NCBI GenBank assembly: GCA_963754315.1
Contig: CAVWFS010000008.1
Coordinates: forward strand, 512,001-576,000
DNA length: 64,000 nt
Direction: 5' to 3'
Source of the DNA: an uncultured Candidatus Rokubacteria bacterium
GTDB lineage: Bacteria > Methylomirabilota > Methylomirabilia > Rokubacteriales > CSP1-6
Of this stretch, positions 1 through 9,829 are shown in pieces; position 1 is the first letter of the stretch; each line of letters begins with the position of its first letter. The notes beneath the pieces are model-generated. The model had not been told where the DNA came from, made no database searches, and saw nothing but the letters and a program-made list of their open reading frames with translations. The position numbers and the translations under genes are program-made.

Positions 1-1
1 C

Positions 2-643
2 ACGGGGCTGGTGGTGCCCGACCTGGACGCTCTGCAGGCCAGGCTGGAGGCCGTGCGCCCCAAGCTGGCGGGGACCGCCTTCACCTTCTCGATGGAGGAC
101 AAGCACGTGGCGGCCACCTGCCCCTGGGGTAATCGCATCCGGTGCTACGCCCCGGGCCCCCAGTTTGGCGACATCAGCCTCGGCATGGCCTACGTCGAGT
201 TCACGGTGCCGCCGGAAACGGCGTCGGGGATCGCGCGCTTCTACCAGCAGATCATGGGTGCTCCCGCGACCGTGCTCGCCGAGTCGGCGGGTACCGCCGC
301 TCACGTGCGCGTGGGGGGCCGCCAGGAGTTGATCTTCCGCGAGACGACGGATCCCCTCCCGGCTTACGACGGCCATCACATCGCGGTCTACATCGCGGAC
401 TTCTCTGGCCCCCACAAGAAGCTGCAGGAGCGCGGCCTCATCTCGGAGGAGAGCAACGACTATCAGTACCGGTTCGTGACCATTGCCGATCCCGACAGCG
501 GGAAGCCCCTCTTCGAGATCGAGCACGAGGTCCGTAGCTTCACGCATCCGATGTACATGCGGCCAATGGTCAACCGCAATCCGGCGCAGCGGCAAGCGAC
601 CTGGCAGCGCGGCCGCGACGCCTTCGTACCCGGTCTGGTCTAG
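2..643 (+). CDS. VOC/glyoxalase-like protein, 5'-truncated by window edge
   Basis: Frame open from base 2; repeated VOC-like segments (CPWGNRIRC, ARFYQQIMGA, GHHIAVYIADF). Confidence 0.6.
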   Translation, partial: TGLVVPDLDALQARLEAVRPKLAGTAFTFSMEDKHVAATCPWGNRIRCYAPGPQFGDISLGMAYVEFTVPPETASGIARFYQQIMGAPATVLAESAGTAAHVRVGGRQELIFRETTDPLPAYDGHHIAVYIADFSGPHKKLQERGLISEESNDYQYRFVTIADPDSGKPLFEIEHEVRSFTHPMYMRPMVNRNPAQRQATWQRGRDAFVPGLV

Positions 644-648
644 TCCGC

Positions 649-1422
649 GTGGCCGACGAGGTCCTGACCTCGGTTGAGGGCGGTGTCGCCACTGTCCGGC
701 TGAATCGGCCGGCCAAGCGCAACGCCCTCAACACGGCCGCCCTGGCAGGTCTCCGTGCGCAGTTCGACCTCCTGGACGACGACCGCGCTGTGCGCGTGGT
801 CGTCGTCCGCGGCGAGGGCAAGGCCTTCTGCTCGGGGATGGACCTCGAGGAGATGAAGCAACGTCAGCAGGCGGAGGCCGATCCCGAGAGTCTGGTCACG
901 GCCGTGCTGCAGCGGATCGAGCAATCGCGGCACCCCACCATCGCCATGGTCCACGGCGATGCGTTCGCGGGGGGATGCGAGCTGGCGTTGCACTGTGATC
1001 TTCGCATCGTGGCCGACGTGGCCCGCTTCTGTATGCCCCTGGCGCGCATCGGGCTCGTGGTTCCCTTTGTCCTTGGCCAGAAGCTCGTCGAGATCATCGG
1101 GCCCGCCCACACCCGACATCTGCTCTTCACAGGGCAGGTCGTCGAGGCTCGGCGGGCGCTCGAGATCGGGATGGTCCACCAGATGGTCAGCCTGCCTGAG
1201 CTCGAACGCGTGACCTACGAGACGGCGCGCTCGATTGCCCAGAACGCCCCCCTCTCGCTGACGGGCATGAAGGCGGTGATCCAGCGGGCGGTTGCCCTGC
1301 GCGACCGCATCGACCACGACGACCTCGACGCGCTGGCCGGGCGCGCTCGCAAGAGCGTCGACGCTCGGGAGGGTGTGCGGGCCATGCTCGAGAAACGCCC
1401 TCCCCAATTCCGAGGCGAATGA
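649..1422 (+). CDS. Enoyl-CoA hydratase/isomerase (crotonase) family protein
   Basis: LNRPAKRNAL, AFCSGMDL, AFAGGCELALHCD, C-terminal EKRPPQFRGE. Confidence 0.93.
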   Translation: MADEVLTSVEGGVATVRLNRPAKRNALNTAALAGLRAQFDLLDDDRAVRVVVVRGEGKAFCSGMDLEEMKQRQQAEADPESLVTAVLQRIEQSRHPTIAMVHGDAFAGGCELALHCDLRIVADVARFCMPLARIGLVVPFVLGQKLVEIIGPAHTRHLLFTGQVVEARRALEIGMVHQMVSLPELERVTYETARSIAQNAPLSLTGMKAVIQRAVALRDRIDHDDLDALAGRARKSVDAREGVRAMLEKRPPQFRGE

Positions 1423-1441
1423 GGGGGACGAATTCCTCGCT

Positions 1442-3358
1442 TCAGCCGCGCCAGCTCATACCAGGCAGGTAAGCCTCCCGCCACAGCTCGAAGGTGAGCA
1501 GGCTCCACAACACCTTGCGGTGATCCCGCTGATGTCTGACATGCTCGGACACCAGACGTGCCACCGGTTCCGGATCCAGCAGTCCCGTTTGGCGCAGTCG
1601 TTCGGGCGCGAGCGTCGCTTCGAGCATCGGCCGCAGAGGGCCCCGGAGCCACTGAGCGATCGGCACCCCGAACCCCTGCTTTCGCCGCGTCAGGATCGTC
1701 TCCGGTAGGCGCCCGGCCATGGCGCGCTTGAGAACGTACTTGGTGGTCCAGCCCCGGACCTTGAAGGCCGGGGGCATGGCACAGGCCAGCTCCACGACAC
1801 CAGGGTCGAGGAAGGGGGCGCGTGCCTCGACGCCGCACGCCATCGTCCCCCGGTCCATCTTCACCAAGGTCTGCCCGGCCAGATACAGCTTGCAGTGATG
1901 ATAGACGAGACGGCTGATGGGATCCTCCGGGGGCGCGCAGGCCATGATGTCGGCGACGTCGTCGTAAGGGTCGAACGACGCGCAGCTCTCCCGCACGGAC
2001 GGGGAGAGGAGGTGCCGTTGCTCACCGAGACTGAGCCCTCCCATCATGATCTGGATGGCGGCGTCTCGGGAATGCGTGGCGCCTCGGAAGAATTGCTTCA
2101 GGAGAAAGCTTGGACTCCCGTACCGACTCGAGGTGGGCAGCGCGTCGACCAGTCGGGCCATCGTCCGCGGGACGGCCGACGGCAGGCGGCGCACCCATCC
2201 CATCGGGGTCACGGCCAGAAAGGTCGGGTATCCACACAAGAGCTCGTCGCCCCCGTCCCCACTGAGGGCGACCGTGACCGCCTTTCGTGTGTGGCGGGCG
2301 AGATGGATGGTAGGAAGGAAGGCCGGATCGGCGAGCGGTTCGTCGAGCAAGCTCCCCAGGCGCGGGAGGAGTGCCGCCGCCTCGCCCGCGGTGAAGGTGA
2401 ATTGGTGATGTTCGGTGCCGAGCCGCTCGGCCACGGCGCGCGCGAAACGCTCCTCGTTGTAGCTCGATTCCTCGAAGCCGATCGAGAAGCTCTTGAATCG
2501 CTGCCCGGGGGCGACGGCGACGGCCGCCGCCGTTACCGCGCTCGAGTCGAGGCCGCCACTCAGGAAGATCCCGACGGGCACGTCACTCACGAGGCGATGC
2601 CGTACCGACGTGCACAGCGCGCTCCAGAGTTCATCCGCCCACGCTTCCGCCCTGGAGGGTCGGCGGCCGCCCGGGCGGGAAGCTTCGAAGGGAATGTTCC
2701 AGTAGCAGCTCACCTGAGTCTTTCCGGACGTCACCGTCAGGAAGTGTCCGGGAGGCAGTTTGAGGACACCCTCGAGGATCGTGTGGGGATCGGGCAGGTA
2801 GCCGCTCGTGAGGTAACGTGAGAACCCACGCAGGTCGAGCTCGCGCCCGATCTCGGGATGCGCCAGGAGGGCGCGTATCTCGGAGCCGAAAACGAACCAC
2901 CCATTGCGCTCCGCGTAGTAGAGGGGCTTCTCGCCCATGCGATCACGGGCGATGAGCAAGGTCTGGCGTTCGGCGTCCCACAGCACGAAGGCGAACATCC
3001 CGTTGAAGTGCGCCAGGCACTCGTCACCAAATTCCTCGTACGCGTGAACGATCACCTCGGTATCGGAGCGGGTCGTGAACCGGTGCCCGCGAGTCTGGAG
3101 CGTTTCCCTCAGGCTCTCGAAGTTGTAGATTTCGCCATTGAGCATCGCGTGGATGGTGCCGGTTTCGTTGGCAATCGGCTGGTGTCCGGTGCTCAGATCG
3201 ATGATCTGCAGCCGGCGGTGGCCGAGGGCGACCGGCCCGTCGATGTATGCCCCCTCGTCATCAGGACCACGATGCGCGAGACTGGCCATCATGCGCTGGA
3301 GGATGGCCGGATCGGCACACCGCTGCTCGAGGGAGAGGAAGCCGCTAAGACCGCACAT
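1442..3358 (-). CDS. asnB: Asparagine synthase (glutamine-hydrolysing)-family amidotransferase
   Basis: N-terminal MCG Ntn nucleophile, HRGPD, NGEIYN, RDRMGEKPLYY, LSGGLDSS, SGDGGDE, RKQGF. Confidence 0.95.
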   Translation of the reverse strand: MCGLSGFLSLEQRCADPAILQRMMASLAHRGPDDEGAYIDGPVALGHRRLQIIDLSTGHQPIANETGTIHAMLNGEIYNFESLRETLQTRGHRFTTRSDTEVIVHAYEEFGDECLAHFNGMFAFVLWDAERQTLLIARDRMGEKPLYYAERNGWFVFGSEIRALLAHPEIGRELDLRGFSRYLTSGYLPDPHTILEGVLKLPPGHFLTVTSGKTQVSCYWNIPFEASRPGGRRPSRAEAWADELWSALCTSVRHRLVSDVPVGIFLSGGLDSSAVTAAAVAVAPGQRFKSFSIGFEESSYNEERFARAVAERLGTEHHQFTFTAGEAAALLPRLGSLLDEPLADPAFLPTIHLARHTRKAVTVALSGDGGDELLCGYPTFLAVTPMGWVRRLPSAVPRTMARLVDALPTSSRYGSPSFLLKQFFRGATHSRDAAIQIMMGGLSLGEQRHLLSPSVRESCASFDPYDDVADIMACAPPEDPISRLVYHHCKLYLAGQTLVKMDRGTMACGVEARAPFLDPGVVELACAMPPAFKVRGWTTKYVLKRAMAGRLPETILTRRKQGFGVPIAQWLRGPLRPMLEATLAPERLRQTGLLDPEPVARLVSEHVRHQRDHRKVLWSLLTFELWREAYLPGMSWRG

Positions 3359-3502
3359 GCCGATTTCTGCGCGTCACTCTCCGCGAGAGTCGCATAGGAT
3401 GGTATTACCCGAACGCGGCATCGAGTAGTCGATTCTAACGGAGAGGATAGGGTTGGATCAACGACGCCGGCGCATGATAGCACACGGCTCCGCGGTGCGG
3501 CG

Positions 3503-4294
3503 GTGACCGCCGACCCCGAGCTGTCCGTGATCCTGCCCGTCTACAACGAGGCGGAGAGCCTGCCGTTGCTCTGGCACGAGCTGGCCGAGGTCCTTTCGCG
3601 GCTCCCCGGCGGCGTCGAGGTGATCTTCGTCGACGATGGGTCAACTGACTCCAGCGCGGAGATCATCCGTGGTCTGGGGAAGGACGATCCTCGGATTCGT
3701 CTCCTCCGCCTGGAGGCGAACGCAGGACTGAGCGCGGCCTTCTACGCGGGCTTTCAGGCCGCGCGCGGACGCTTGGTCGCCACCATGGACAGCGATCTGC
3801 AGAGCGATCCGGCCGACCTCCCCGCCCTTCTCGCCGACCTCGACGGCGCCGATGCCGTGATGGGGTGGCGGCAGATCCGATACGATTCGTGGCTGAAGCG
3901 CATCTCCTCCCGTATCGCGAACGGGATCCGAAAAGCAATAACCAGTGATCCCGTCCAGGACAGTGCGTGTAGCCTGCGGGTCATGCGGCGTGAGTGCCTG
4001 GCCGCGGTGCCACCCTACGCGGGCATGCACCGTTTCATCCCCACCCTGGTCCGCCAGGCCGGTTTCCGGGTGAAGCAGGTGGTCGTCCACCATCGCCGCC
4101 GACGGTTTGGGCGCTCGAAGTTCGGGGTGAGCAATCGTGCGTTACCCGCGTTCGTAGACTTGCTGGCCGTGTTGTGGATGATGCGCCGCCGACTTCGGTA
4201 CCGGATCGTCGAGCAGACCGATGCTGCGGGGGCGGACGATGGCCGCGTTCATGCGCACCCGGAGCTCGTCCCGCGGCGGAGCGCCCCCGCCTGA
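3503..4294 (+). CDS. GT2 polyprenyl-phosphate glycosyltransferase (ArnC/DPM1-like)
   Basis: LSVILPVYNE, VDDGSTD, MDSDLQ, MHRFIP. Confidence 0.9.
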   Translation: MTADPELSVILPVYNEAESLPLLWHELAEVLSRLPGGVEVIFVDDGSTDSSAEIIRGLGKDDPRIRLLRLEANAGLSAAFYAGFQAARGRLVATMDSDLQSDPADLPALLADLDGADAVMGWRQIRYDSWLKRISSRIANGIRKAITSDPVQDSACSLRVMRRECLAAVPPYAGMHRFIPTLVRQAGFRVKQVVVHHRRRRFGRSKFGVSNRALPAFVDLLAVLWMMRRRLRYRIVEQTDAAGADDGRVHAHPELVPRRSAPA

Positions 4295-4295
4295 T

Positions 4296-5891
4296 CTAGC
4301 TCCACCCTAGGATCACAAAGCTTCGTCCCCGTGCCTTCACGCGCTCCAGCACGCGGATCCGCGGTGAGACGCGGCCCTGCATCTGAGTCCACACCGTCTC
4401 GCTGGCGAGCACGGGCCCGCCGTGGCTGGCCAGGAATCGCTCGAAAGCGTCCGTCGTGGGAAGCTCCCGCAGCGGGCGTCCGAGATAGTAGTCGACCTCG
4501 AGCCATCCGGTCTCGTAGAGGACACCGGCCTCCTGGCCCCGCGCGTGCGCCTCGAGCCGGGCCGCCAGACGGGGGATCTCCGGCGGGCCGCTCAGGCGCG
4601 TGTTGTGAAGCCACGTCCCGTAGGCGAACAGGACGACCATGGCCGCGCTCGCACCGCCCACGAGCAGGGCTGGACGCCCGCGCCCTAGCCCTGCCCACAC
4701 GCTCAGGGCGAGGAGCCACCCGGCAAGCATGAGCGGGATGAGGGTCACTGAAAACTCAGAGATGCCGAGCGCGCCCCGGAAGGCCGATGGACCAGGAAGG
4801 ACCAGGAGCGTGCTTGCGGCCCCGACTCCGATCAGGGCTACCCACGCGACGACACGTGCAACTCGTGTGGGTCGGGTGCCGTGGGCATCGGCCCACCACG
4901 CGATGAGAAGCGCAAAAGCGGGAGCGGAGGCAAGCAGGTAGCGGGTGCGATAGTGCGCCGACATGACGACGGCGAAGAGCGGCACCAGGAAGGACAGAAG
5001 AGCGAACGCCACCGATGGAGTGCGGCGAGCGGCCACGGCCGGGACGAGCGCGAGCGGTACGAGCGCGATCCAGGGGGCAAAGAACCCAAGTGAGTCCAGT
5101 GCTCCTCGAGTCAGGGCACTGCCGGGTCCGCCACGGGTGTAGGCAGCCACCCAGTCCTGCCAGAGCACGGTGTGCGCGTAGGTTCCGCTGCCGAGGGTGA
5201 GGAACGGCACGACCCAGGTGAGCGTGATAGCGACGAAGAGCAGCACGCCAGAGGTGCTCCACAAGCGCGTCACGATGGCCCTGGCGCCTTGCTGGTTCCA
5301 CAGCCAGAGGGCAGCGACGACGAGCGGGAGCAGCCCCAGCGGCCCCTTGGCGTAGACAGCGAGCCCGAGCGTACCGTAGAAAAGGACACGGGCGCCGCGG
5401 CCGGGAGGGTCTTCCATGGCGCGCCAGAACCAGTACGTGGCGGCCGTCGCGAAGGCCGCCACGATCATATCTGGTAGAAGGATCTGGCTGTGCCGGAAGA
5501 ATCCGGCTGTCGTAGCCAGGATCAGCCCGGCCCAGAGGCCGACCCGCCTGTTGAACAGTCGATCACCGAGCAGGCACGTGAACACGGCGGCCACGATGGC
5601 CGCGAGAGCCACCGGGGCGTGGGCGGCGGCCTCGCTCACCCGCCCGGCGGGCAAGGCGAGGGCGGCAATGGTCCACGCGTAGAGAGGCGGTTTCTCCCGG
5701 AAGAGCTTGCCGCGCAGCCGCACGTCGAACAGGGCGCGGTGAGCAAGGACCTCACGGGCATAGAGAATGAATCGCGCCTCGTCGGTGGTGACGACCATGC
5801 GCTGGCCGACGGGGGGCAGCACGAGCAAGGCGGTCACCAGCGCCACAGAGACCACGGCGACCGCACGGGTGCAGAGCCTCACGAACATCAT
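4296..5891 (-). CDS. ArnT-like GT-C membrane glycosyltransferase
   Basis: DEARF...ARE, EKPPLYAW, KGPLG, RYLL motifs; many hydrophobic helices. Confidence 0.88.
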   Translation of the reverse strand: MMFVRLCTRAVAVVSVALVTALLVLPPVGQRMVVTTDEARFILYAREVLAHRALFDVRLRGKLFREKPPLYAWTIAALALPAGRVSEAAAHAPVALAAIVAAVFTCLLGDRLFNRRVGLWAGLILATTAGFFRHSQILLPDMIVAAFATAATYWFWRAMEDPPGRGARVLFYGTLGLAVYAKGPLGLLPLVVAALWLWNQQGARAIVTRLWSTSGVLLFVAITLTWVVPFLTLGSGTYAHTVLWQDWVAAYTRGGPGSALTRGALDSLGFFAPWIALVPLALVPAVAARRTPSVAFALLSFLVPLFAVVMSAHYRTRYLLASAPAFALLIAWWADAHGTRPTRVARVVAWVALIGVGAASTLLVLPGPSAFRGALGISEFSVTLIPLMLAGWLLALSVWAGLGRGRPALLVGGASAAMVVLFAYGTWLHNTRLSGPPEIPRLAARLEAHARGQEAGVLYETGWLEVDYYLGRPLRELPTTDAFERFLASHGGPVLASETVWTQMQGRVSPRIRVLERVKARGRSFVILGWS

Positions 5892-5910
5892 GGGTTCCCA
5901 ACCACCGACA

Positions 5911-7581
5911 TCAGTCGAGGGGCGGCCGCCGTCGTGGTGTCGCCTGCTCGTAAGCCCACGCTGCCCGCAGCACCGTGGCCTCGTCGAAGGGCCGCCCCGC
6001 GATCTGGACGCCGATGGGTAATCCGCTCGCGCTGAGACCGCACGGCACCGCCACGGCCGGCGTTCCCGCCAGGCTGAAGGCCGTCGTGTACGACCGGCGG
6101 GTGAAGAAGCGCGCGGCCGCTTCCGCCTTGCTGGTGACCGCGGCCTGCATCGCGGCGATGGGCGGTGCCGGGCGCGGCCCCGCCGGCGCCATCAGGACAT
6201 CGACCTTGCCGAGCGCCTCGAGGATCTGGGCACGGATCAAGGCCCGCGCGCGCGTGGCCTGATGATAGACAGTGGTCGGCAGAAGGCCGGCCGTGAGCAG
6301 CCGCCGCCTCGTCCCGGCATCGTAGTCGCGAGCCCGCGTGCTCAGCCACCCTCGATGAAGACCGGCGCCCTCCGAGTCGGCGATGGCCATGAACACGGCA
6401 CCCGCCATTGGGATGAGCGGGAGGGAGACCTCCTCGATGATCGCGCCGAGGCCACCGAGCACGTCGGCGGCCGCCTTCACGGCCGCGCGCACCTCGGGAT
6501 CAGTGCCCGCGCCGAGAGCGAGCTCCTGCACGAGTCCGACCCTTAGGCCCCGCACCCCGGCCCCCAGCCTGGTCCTCACGTCCTCCGGCTGTCCCTGATG
6601 CAGGAGAGGGTCGCGCTGGTCGGGACCGGCCATCGCGCCCAGAACAATCGCAGCGTCCTCCACCGTCCGCGTGAGGGGCCCGGCCGCATCCATGGACCAG
6701 CTCAAGGGGAAGCAGCCAGCCCGCGAGACGAGCCCCCATGTCGGCCGCAGTCCCACTGCACCGCAGTAGGCAGCTGGCGAGCGAACCGAGCCCCCCGTGT
6801 CCTCACCGAGCGTGAACCCGGCCAGGGCCGCGGCGGCGGCGATGCCTGAGCCCGACGAAGAGCCGCCTGGGTCGTGGAGACGATTCCACGGATTGCGTGG
6901 TTGGCCGAACGGAAAGTCGATGGTTCCTCCCAGGGCGAACTCGGTCATGTTGAGCTTGCCGAGCAGGATCCCGCCCGCGGCCCGAAGGCGCCCTACGACC
7001 GTCGCGTCGCTCGTCGGGACGTACTCGGCGAGCAACCGTGAGCCCGACGTGGTGCGGAGGCCCGCCGTGTCGAACTGGTCCTTCACCGCGAACGGAATTC
7101 CGTGAAGAGGGCCTGCGGTCGCCCCGCGCGCTGCGCTCGCCTCGGCCCGTCGAGCCTCGGCGAGCGCGGCATCCCCGCACACGGTGATGTACGCCCGGAG
7201 GTCGCCGTCGAGTCTCGAGATCCGCTCAAGGTAGGCCTCGACCAAGGCGACGGGTGACAGCGCGCGGGTCCTGATCAGCTCGGCCAGCTCGCCGACGCTC
7301 CGGTGGACGAGCGGGACGTCACCGGATCCCGTCGCCGAGCGCGGTACCCGGCTCGGGTCCGCTGTGGGCGGGGCGCCGGACAGTCGGGGATCGGCACTGT
7401 GAGAGAGCGCAGGCCAGGCCGGGACTGGCTCCCGGCTGTCAAGAGGCAGATCGCGAAGCGGCGCCAGTGTCTCCAGGAAGGCGTTGAGACGATGCGTCAC
7501 CTCCTCCAGGTCGTCGGGGTATGCCGGCAGGCCCAGGGAGGTTGCGAGAGCGCCCACATGATCCTGACTGAGATCACGCAC
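5911..7581 (-). CDS. Amidase-signature (GatA/AtzE-like) enzyme with N-terminal GatC-like segment
   Basis: FAVKD, GGSSSGS, DTGGSVRSPA triad motifs; GTG at 7581 chosen because the longer ORF overlaps the divergent lipoprotein gene. Confidence 0.85.
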   Translation of the reverse strand: MRDLSQDHVGALATSLGLPAYPDDLEEVTHRLNAFLETLAPLRDLPLDSREPVPAWPALSHSADPRLSGAPPTADPSRVPRSATGSGDVPLVHRSVGELAELIRTRALSPVALVEAYLERISRLDGDLRAYITVCGDAALAEARRAEASAARGATAGPLHGIPFAVKDQFDTAGLRTTSGSRLLAEYVPTSDATVVGRLRAAGGILLGKLNMTEFALGGTIDFPFGQPRNPWNRLHDPGGSSSGSGIAAAAALAGFTLGEDTGGSVRSPAAYCGAVGLRPTWGLVSRAGCFPLSWSMDAAGPLTRTVEDAAIVLGAMAGPDQRDPLLHQGQPEDVRTRLGAGVRGLRVGLVQELALGAGTDPEVRAAVKAAADVLGGLGAIIEEVSLPLIPMAGAVFMAIADSEGAGLHRGWLSTRARDYDAGTRRRLLTAGLLPTTVYHQATRARALIRAQILEALGKVDVLMAPAGPRPAPPIAAMQAAVTSKAEAAARFFTRRSYTTAFSLAGTPAVAVPCGLSASGLPIGVQIAGRPFDEATVLRAAWAYEQATPRRRPPLD

Positions 7582-7639
7582 GACGCATGTGATATCAGAC
7601 GGGCCGGGGTGGCGGCAAGCCGCGGTATTCTTACCGGCC

Positions 7640-9826
7640 ATGGGATCAAGTCCATACCTGGTACTCCTGCTGTGTCTCGGGCTGGCCGCCTCCGCTGGAT
7701 GCGCCTCCGTCGTCGTCACTCCCCCGACCGTCGCGGCCCCTCCAAAGCCGACGGGCTCGTGGCGCGCCGGCGCGGCCAGGGTCGACTTGACGCCCACGCC
7801 AGGCTTCCCGATGGGAGGGCACTCGCTGGAGGGCCAGACGGCGCGCGGGTACTGGACCCGTCTCTATGCGAACGCGATCTACCTCGAGGATCCGGACGGG
7901 CGCCGGCTCGCTCTGGTGTCGTGTGATCTCTGGTCCATGCCGGCCGGCCTGGCCGATCGGGTGGCCGAGCTGGTCGCCTCCGATCGGCGTGGGGAACAGC
8001 GCCCCGCCGACCGCATCGTCCTCACACGCGATCAACTTCTCCTCGCCGCGACCCACACCCACCAGAGCCCTGGTAATTATTCGACCGCGGCGTCATACAA
8101 CACATTCGGGTCGCCGCACGCGGGCTTCGACAGGAGACTCTTCGAGTTTCTTGCCCATAGGATCAGCGAGGCCATTCGCTCGGCGGCCCGCGCGGCGCGG
8201 CCGGCAGTGGTGACCTACGCCGAGGGACCGGTCGCCGGTCTCGTCCGGAACCGAAGCTTCAGCCCATTTCTGCGTGACGTGGAGGAGGCCAGATCCCTGC
8301 TGGCCGACAATGCGGCGCTCCCGGAACTGGCGGTTCCGGGCGAATACCCACCGACGCCCTTCCCGTTCCCGCGCCGAATCATCTACCGCGCGGTCAGGCC
8401 CCGACTTGCCGTGCTCTCCATGCACGCTCCAGGAGATCGGGCCGACGTCTTCGCCGTGGCCGCATTCGTGGCGGTCCATCCGACCTCGATGGGCGCCCGG
8501 ACCCCGCTCTACACCAGCGATTTTTTCGGCGTGGGGGCGATCCTGAGCGCTCACGCTCTCGGGAAGACCTCGTCCTCCGGGCCGCCTGTAGTGGCGATCT
8601 TCAATGGGGCCGAGGGAGACGTCTCCCCGGCGTGGCAGTGCCGTGATCCCCAACACCCGGAGTCGTGCCAGCAGCGTACGGATGCCATCGCCCTCGGCCG
8701 GATTCTGGCAGCACGCATTACCGAGTTGAGCCGGCAGGGCCAACCGGTAGCGGGCACGCTTGAACACCGATTCGCGCGTCGCGTCGAACTGGCCGGCCAA
8801 TGCTTGGCTGACCAGCCTTCCGTGTGCACGGCCAAGGAACCGATGATCGGAGCGCCCATGCTTGGCGGCACGCCGGACGGCCGCAGTGAGGCTCACCGGC
8901 TGGGTTGGCGGGAAGGGGTGACCGGATCTCCTACGCCGGATCACGGGCGCAAGCAGCCGGCCCTCGACCCTAAATTCATCTCGGCCGACAGCCCCGTGGG
9001 CATCTCGAAGTTCGTCATGGGCGCCATCGCCACCCCCAACACGATGCCGCTGGGGCTCTATCGGATCGGGCCGGTATTGCTCGCCAGTGTTCCTGGCGAG
9101 TTCACCACCGTGATGGGTCTACGGATCGAACGGGCCCTCGCCAAGGCCATGGCTGACCAGGGCCGGCCAGTCCAGCATGTGATCCTCGTCGGCCTCGCCA
9201 ACGAATACATCTCGTACTTCACCACCCCGGAGGAGTATGCGCTCCAGTTCTACGAAGGCGCGTCGACCGCGTACGGGCCCGCGTCCGGTCCTCTGGTCCA
9301 GGACCGCTTGACCTTGCTGGCGCGCCAGTTCACCGAGCCGTCTTCGCCCGCCCCTCAGCCCGAACCGGTTACCTATTCCCCCGGACCTCTCGCCCAGTAC
9401 GGGATCTGCGACATCAAGCCTCCGGCCGCCTCGACCCAGGGGCTGGGGGGAGTCCTGCAGGATGACAAGGGCCAGCCATTGCTCGACCCGCCCAAGGCGT
9501 GCTGGTCCGACAGTTTCGTCATCCTCCCGTCGACGTACGCGCGCGACCGCCGGGTCACGCCAAACGTCTCGATCGAAATCAGCCGCGCCGGAGGTCCCTG
9601 GGAGCTTCTCACGTCCGCTGATGGAGACGAGAGCGACCAGGGAATCAACTTCGTCACCACCGCCAGCGCCACCTTTCTCTTCCGGTCCAAATGGTGTGCG
9701 ACCTGGCTCGGTAGCGGGCCAACCGACAGCGCCGTCGCCCTCCGCTTTCACATCAGAACCTTGCGCGGGACCAGCATCTACACGCCCATCCCGAACAGGT
9801 CCCCCGGGCCCCGAGTGGGCTCCTGA
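7640..9826 (+). CDS. Neutral/alkaline ceramidase-family lipoprotein
   Basis: Lipobox-type signal (LLLCLGLAASAGC); ATHTHQSPG, GAEGDVSP, PGEFTT, GLANEY, YEGAST motifs. Confidence 0.82.
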   Translation: MGSSPYLVLLLCLGLAASAGCASVVVTPPTVAAPPKPTGSWRAGAARVDLTPTPGFPMGGHSLEGQTARGYWTRLYANAIYLEDPDGRRLALVSCDLWSMPAGLADRVAELVASDRRGEQRPADRIVLTRDQLLLAATHTHQSPGNYSTAASYNTFGSPHAGFDRRLFEFLAHRISEAIRSAARAARPAVVTYAEGPVAGLVRNRSFSPFLRDVEEARSLLADNAALPELAVPGEYPPTPFPFPRRIIYRAVRPRLAVLSMHAPGDRADVFAVAAFVAVHPTSMGARTPLYTSDFFGVGAILSAHALGKTSSSGPPVVAIFNGAEGDVSPAWQCRDPQHPESCQQRTDAIALGRILAARITELSRQGQPVAGTLEHRFARRVELAGQCLADQPSVCTAKEPMIGAPMLGGTPDGRSEAHRLGWREGVTGSPTPDHGRKQPALDPKFISADSPVGISKFVMGAIATPNTMPLGLYRIGPVLLASVPGEFTTVMGLRIERALAKAMADQGRPVQHVILVGLANEYISYFTTPEEYALQFYEGASTAYGPASGPLVQDRLTLLARQFTEPSSPAPQPEPVTYSPGPLAQYGICDIKPPAASTQGLGGVLQDDKGQPLLDPPKACWSDSFVILPSTYARDRRVTPNVSIEISRAGGPWELLTSADGDESDQGINFVTTASATFLFRSKWCATWLGSGPTDSAVALRFHIRTLRGTSIYTPIPNRSPGPRVGS

Positions 9827-9829
9827 ACG

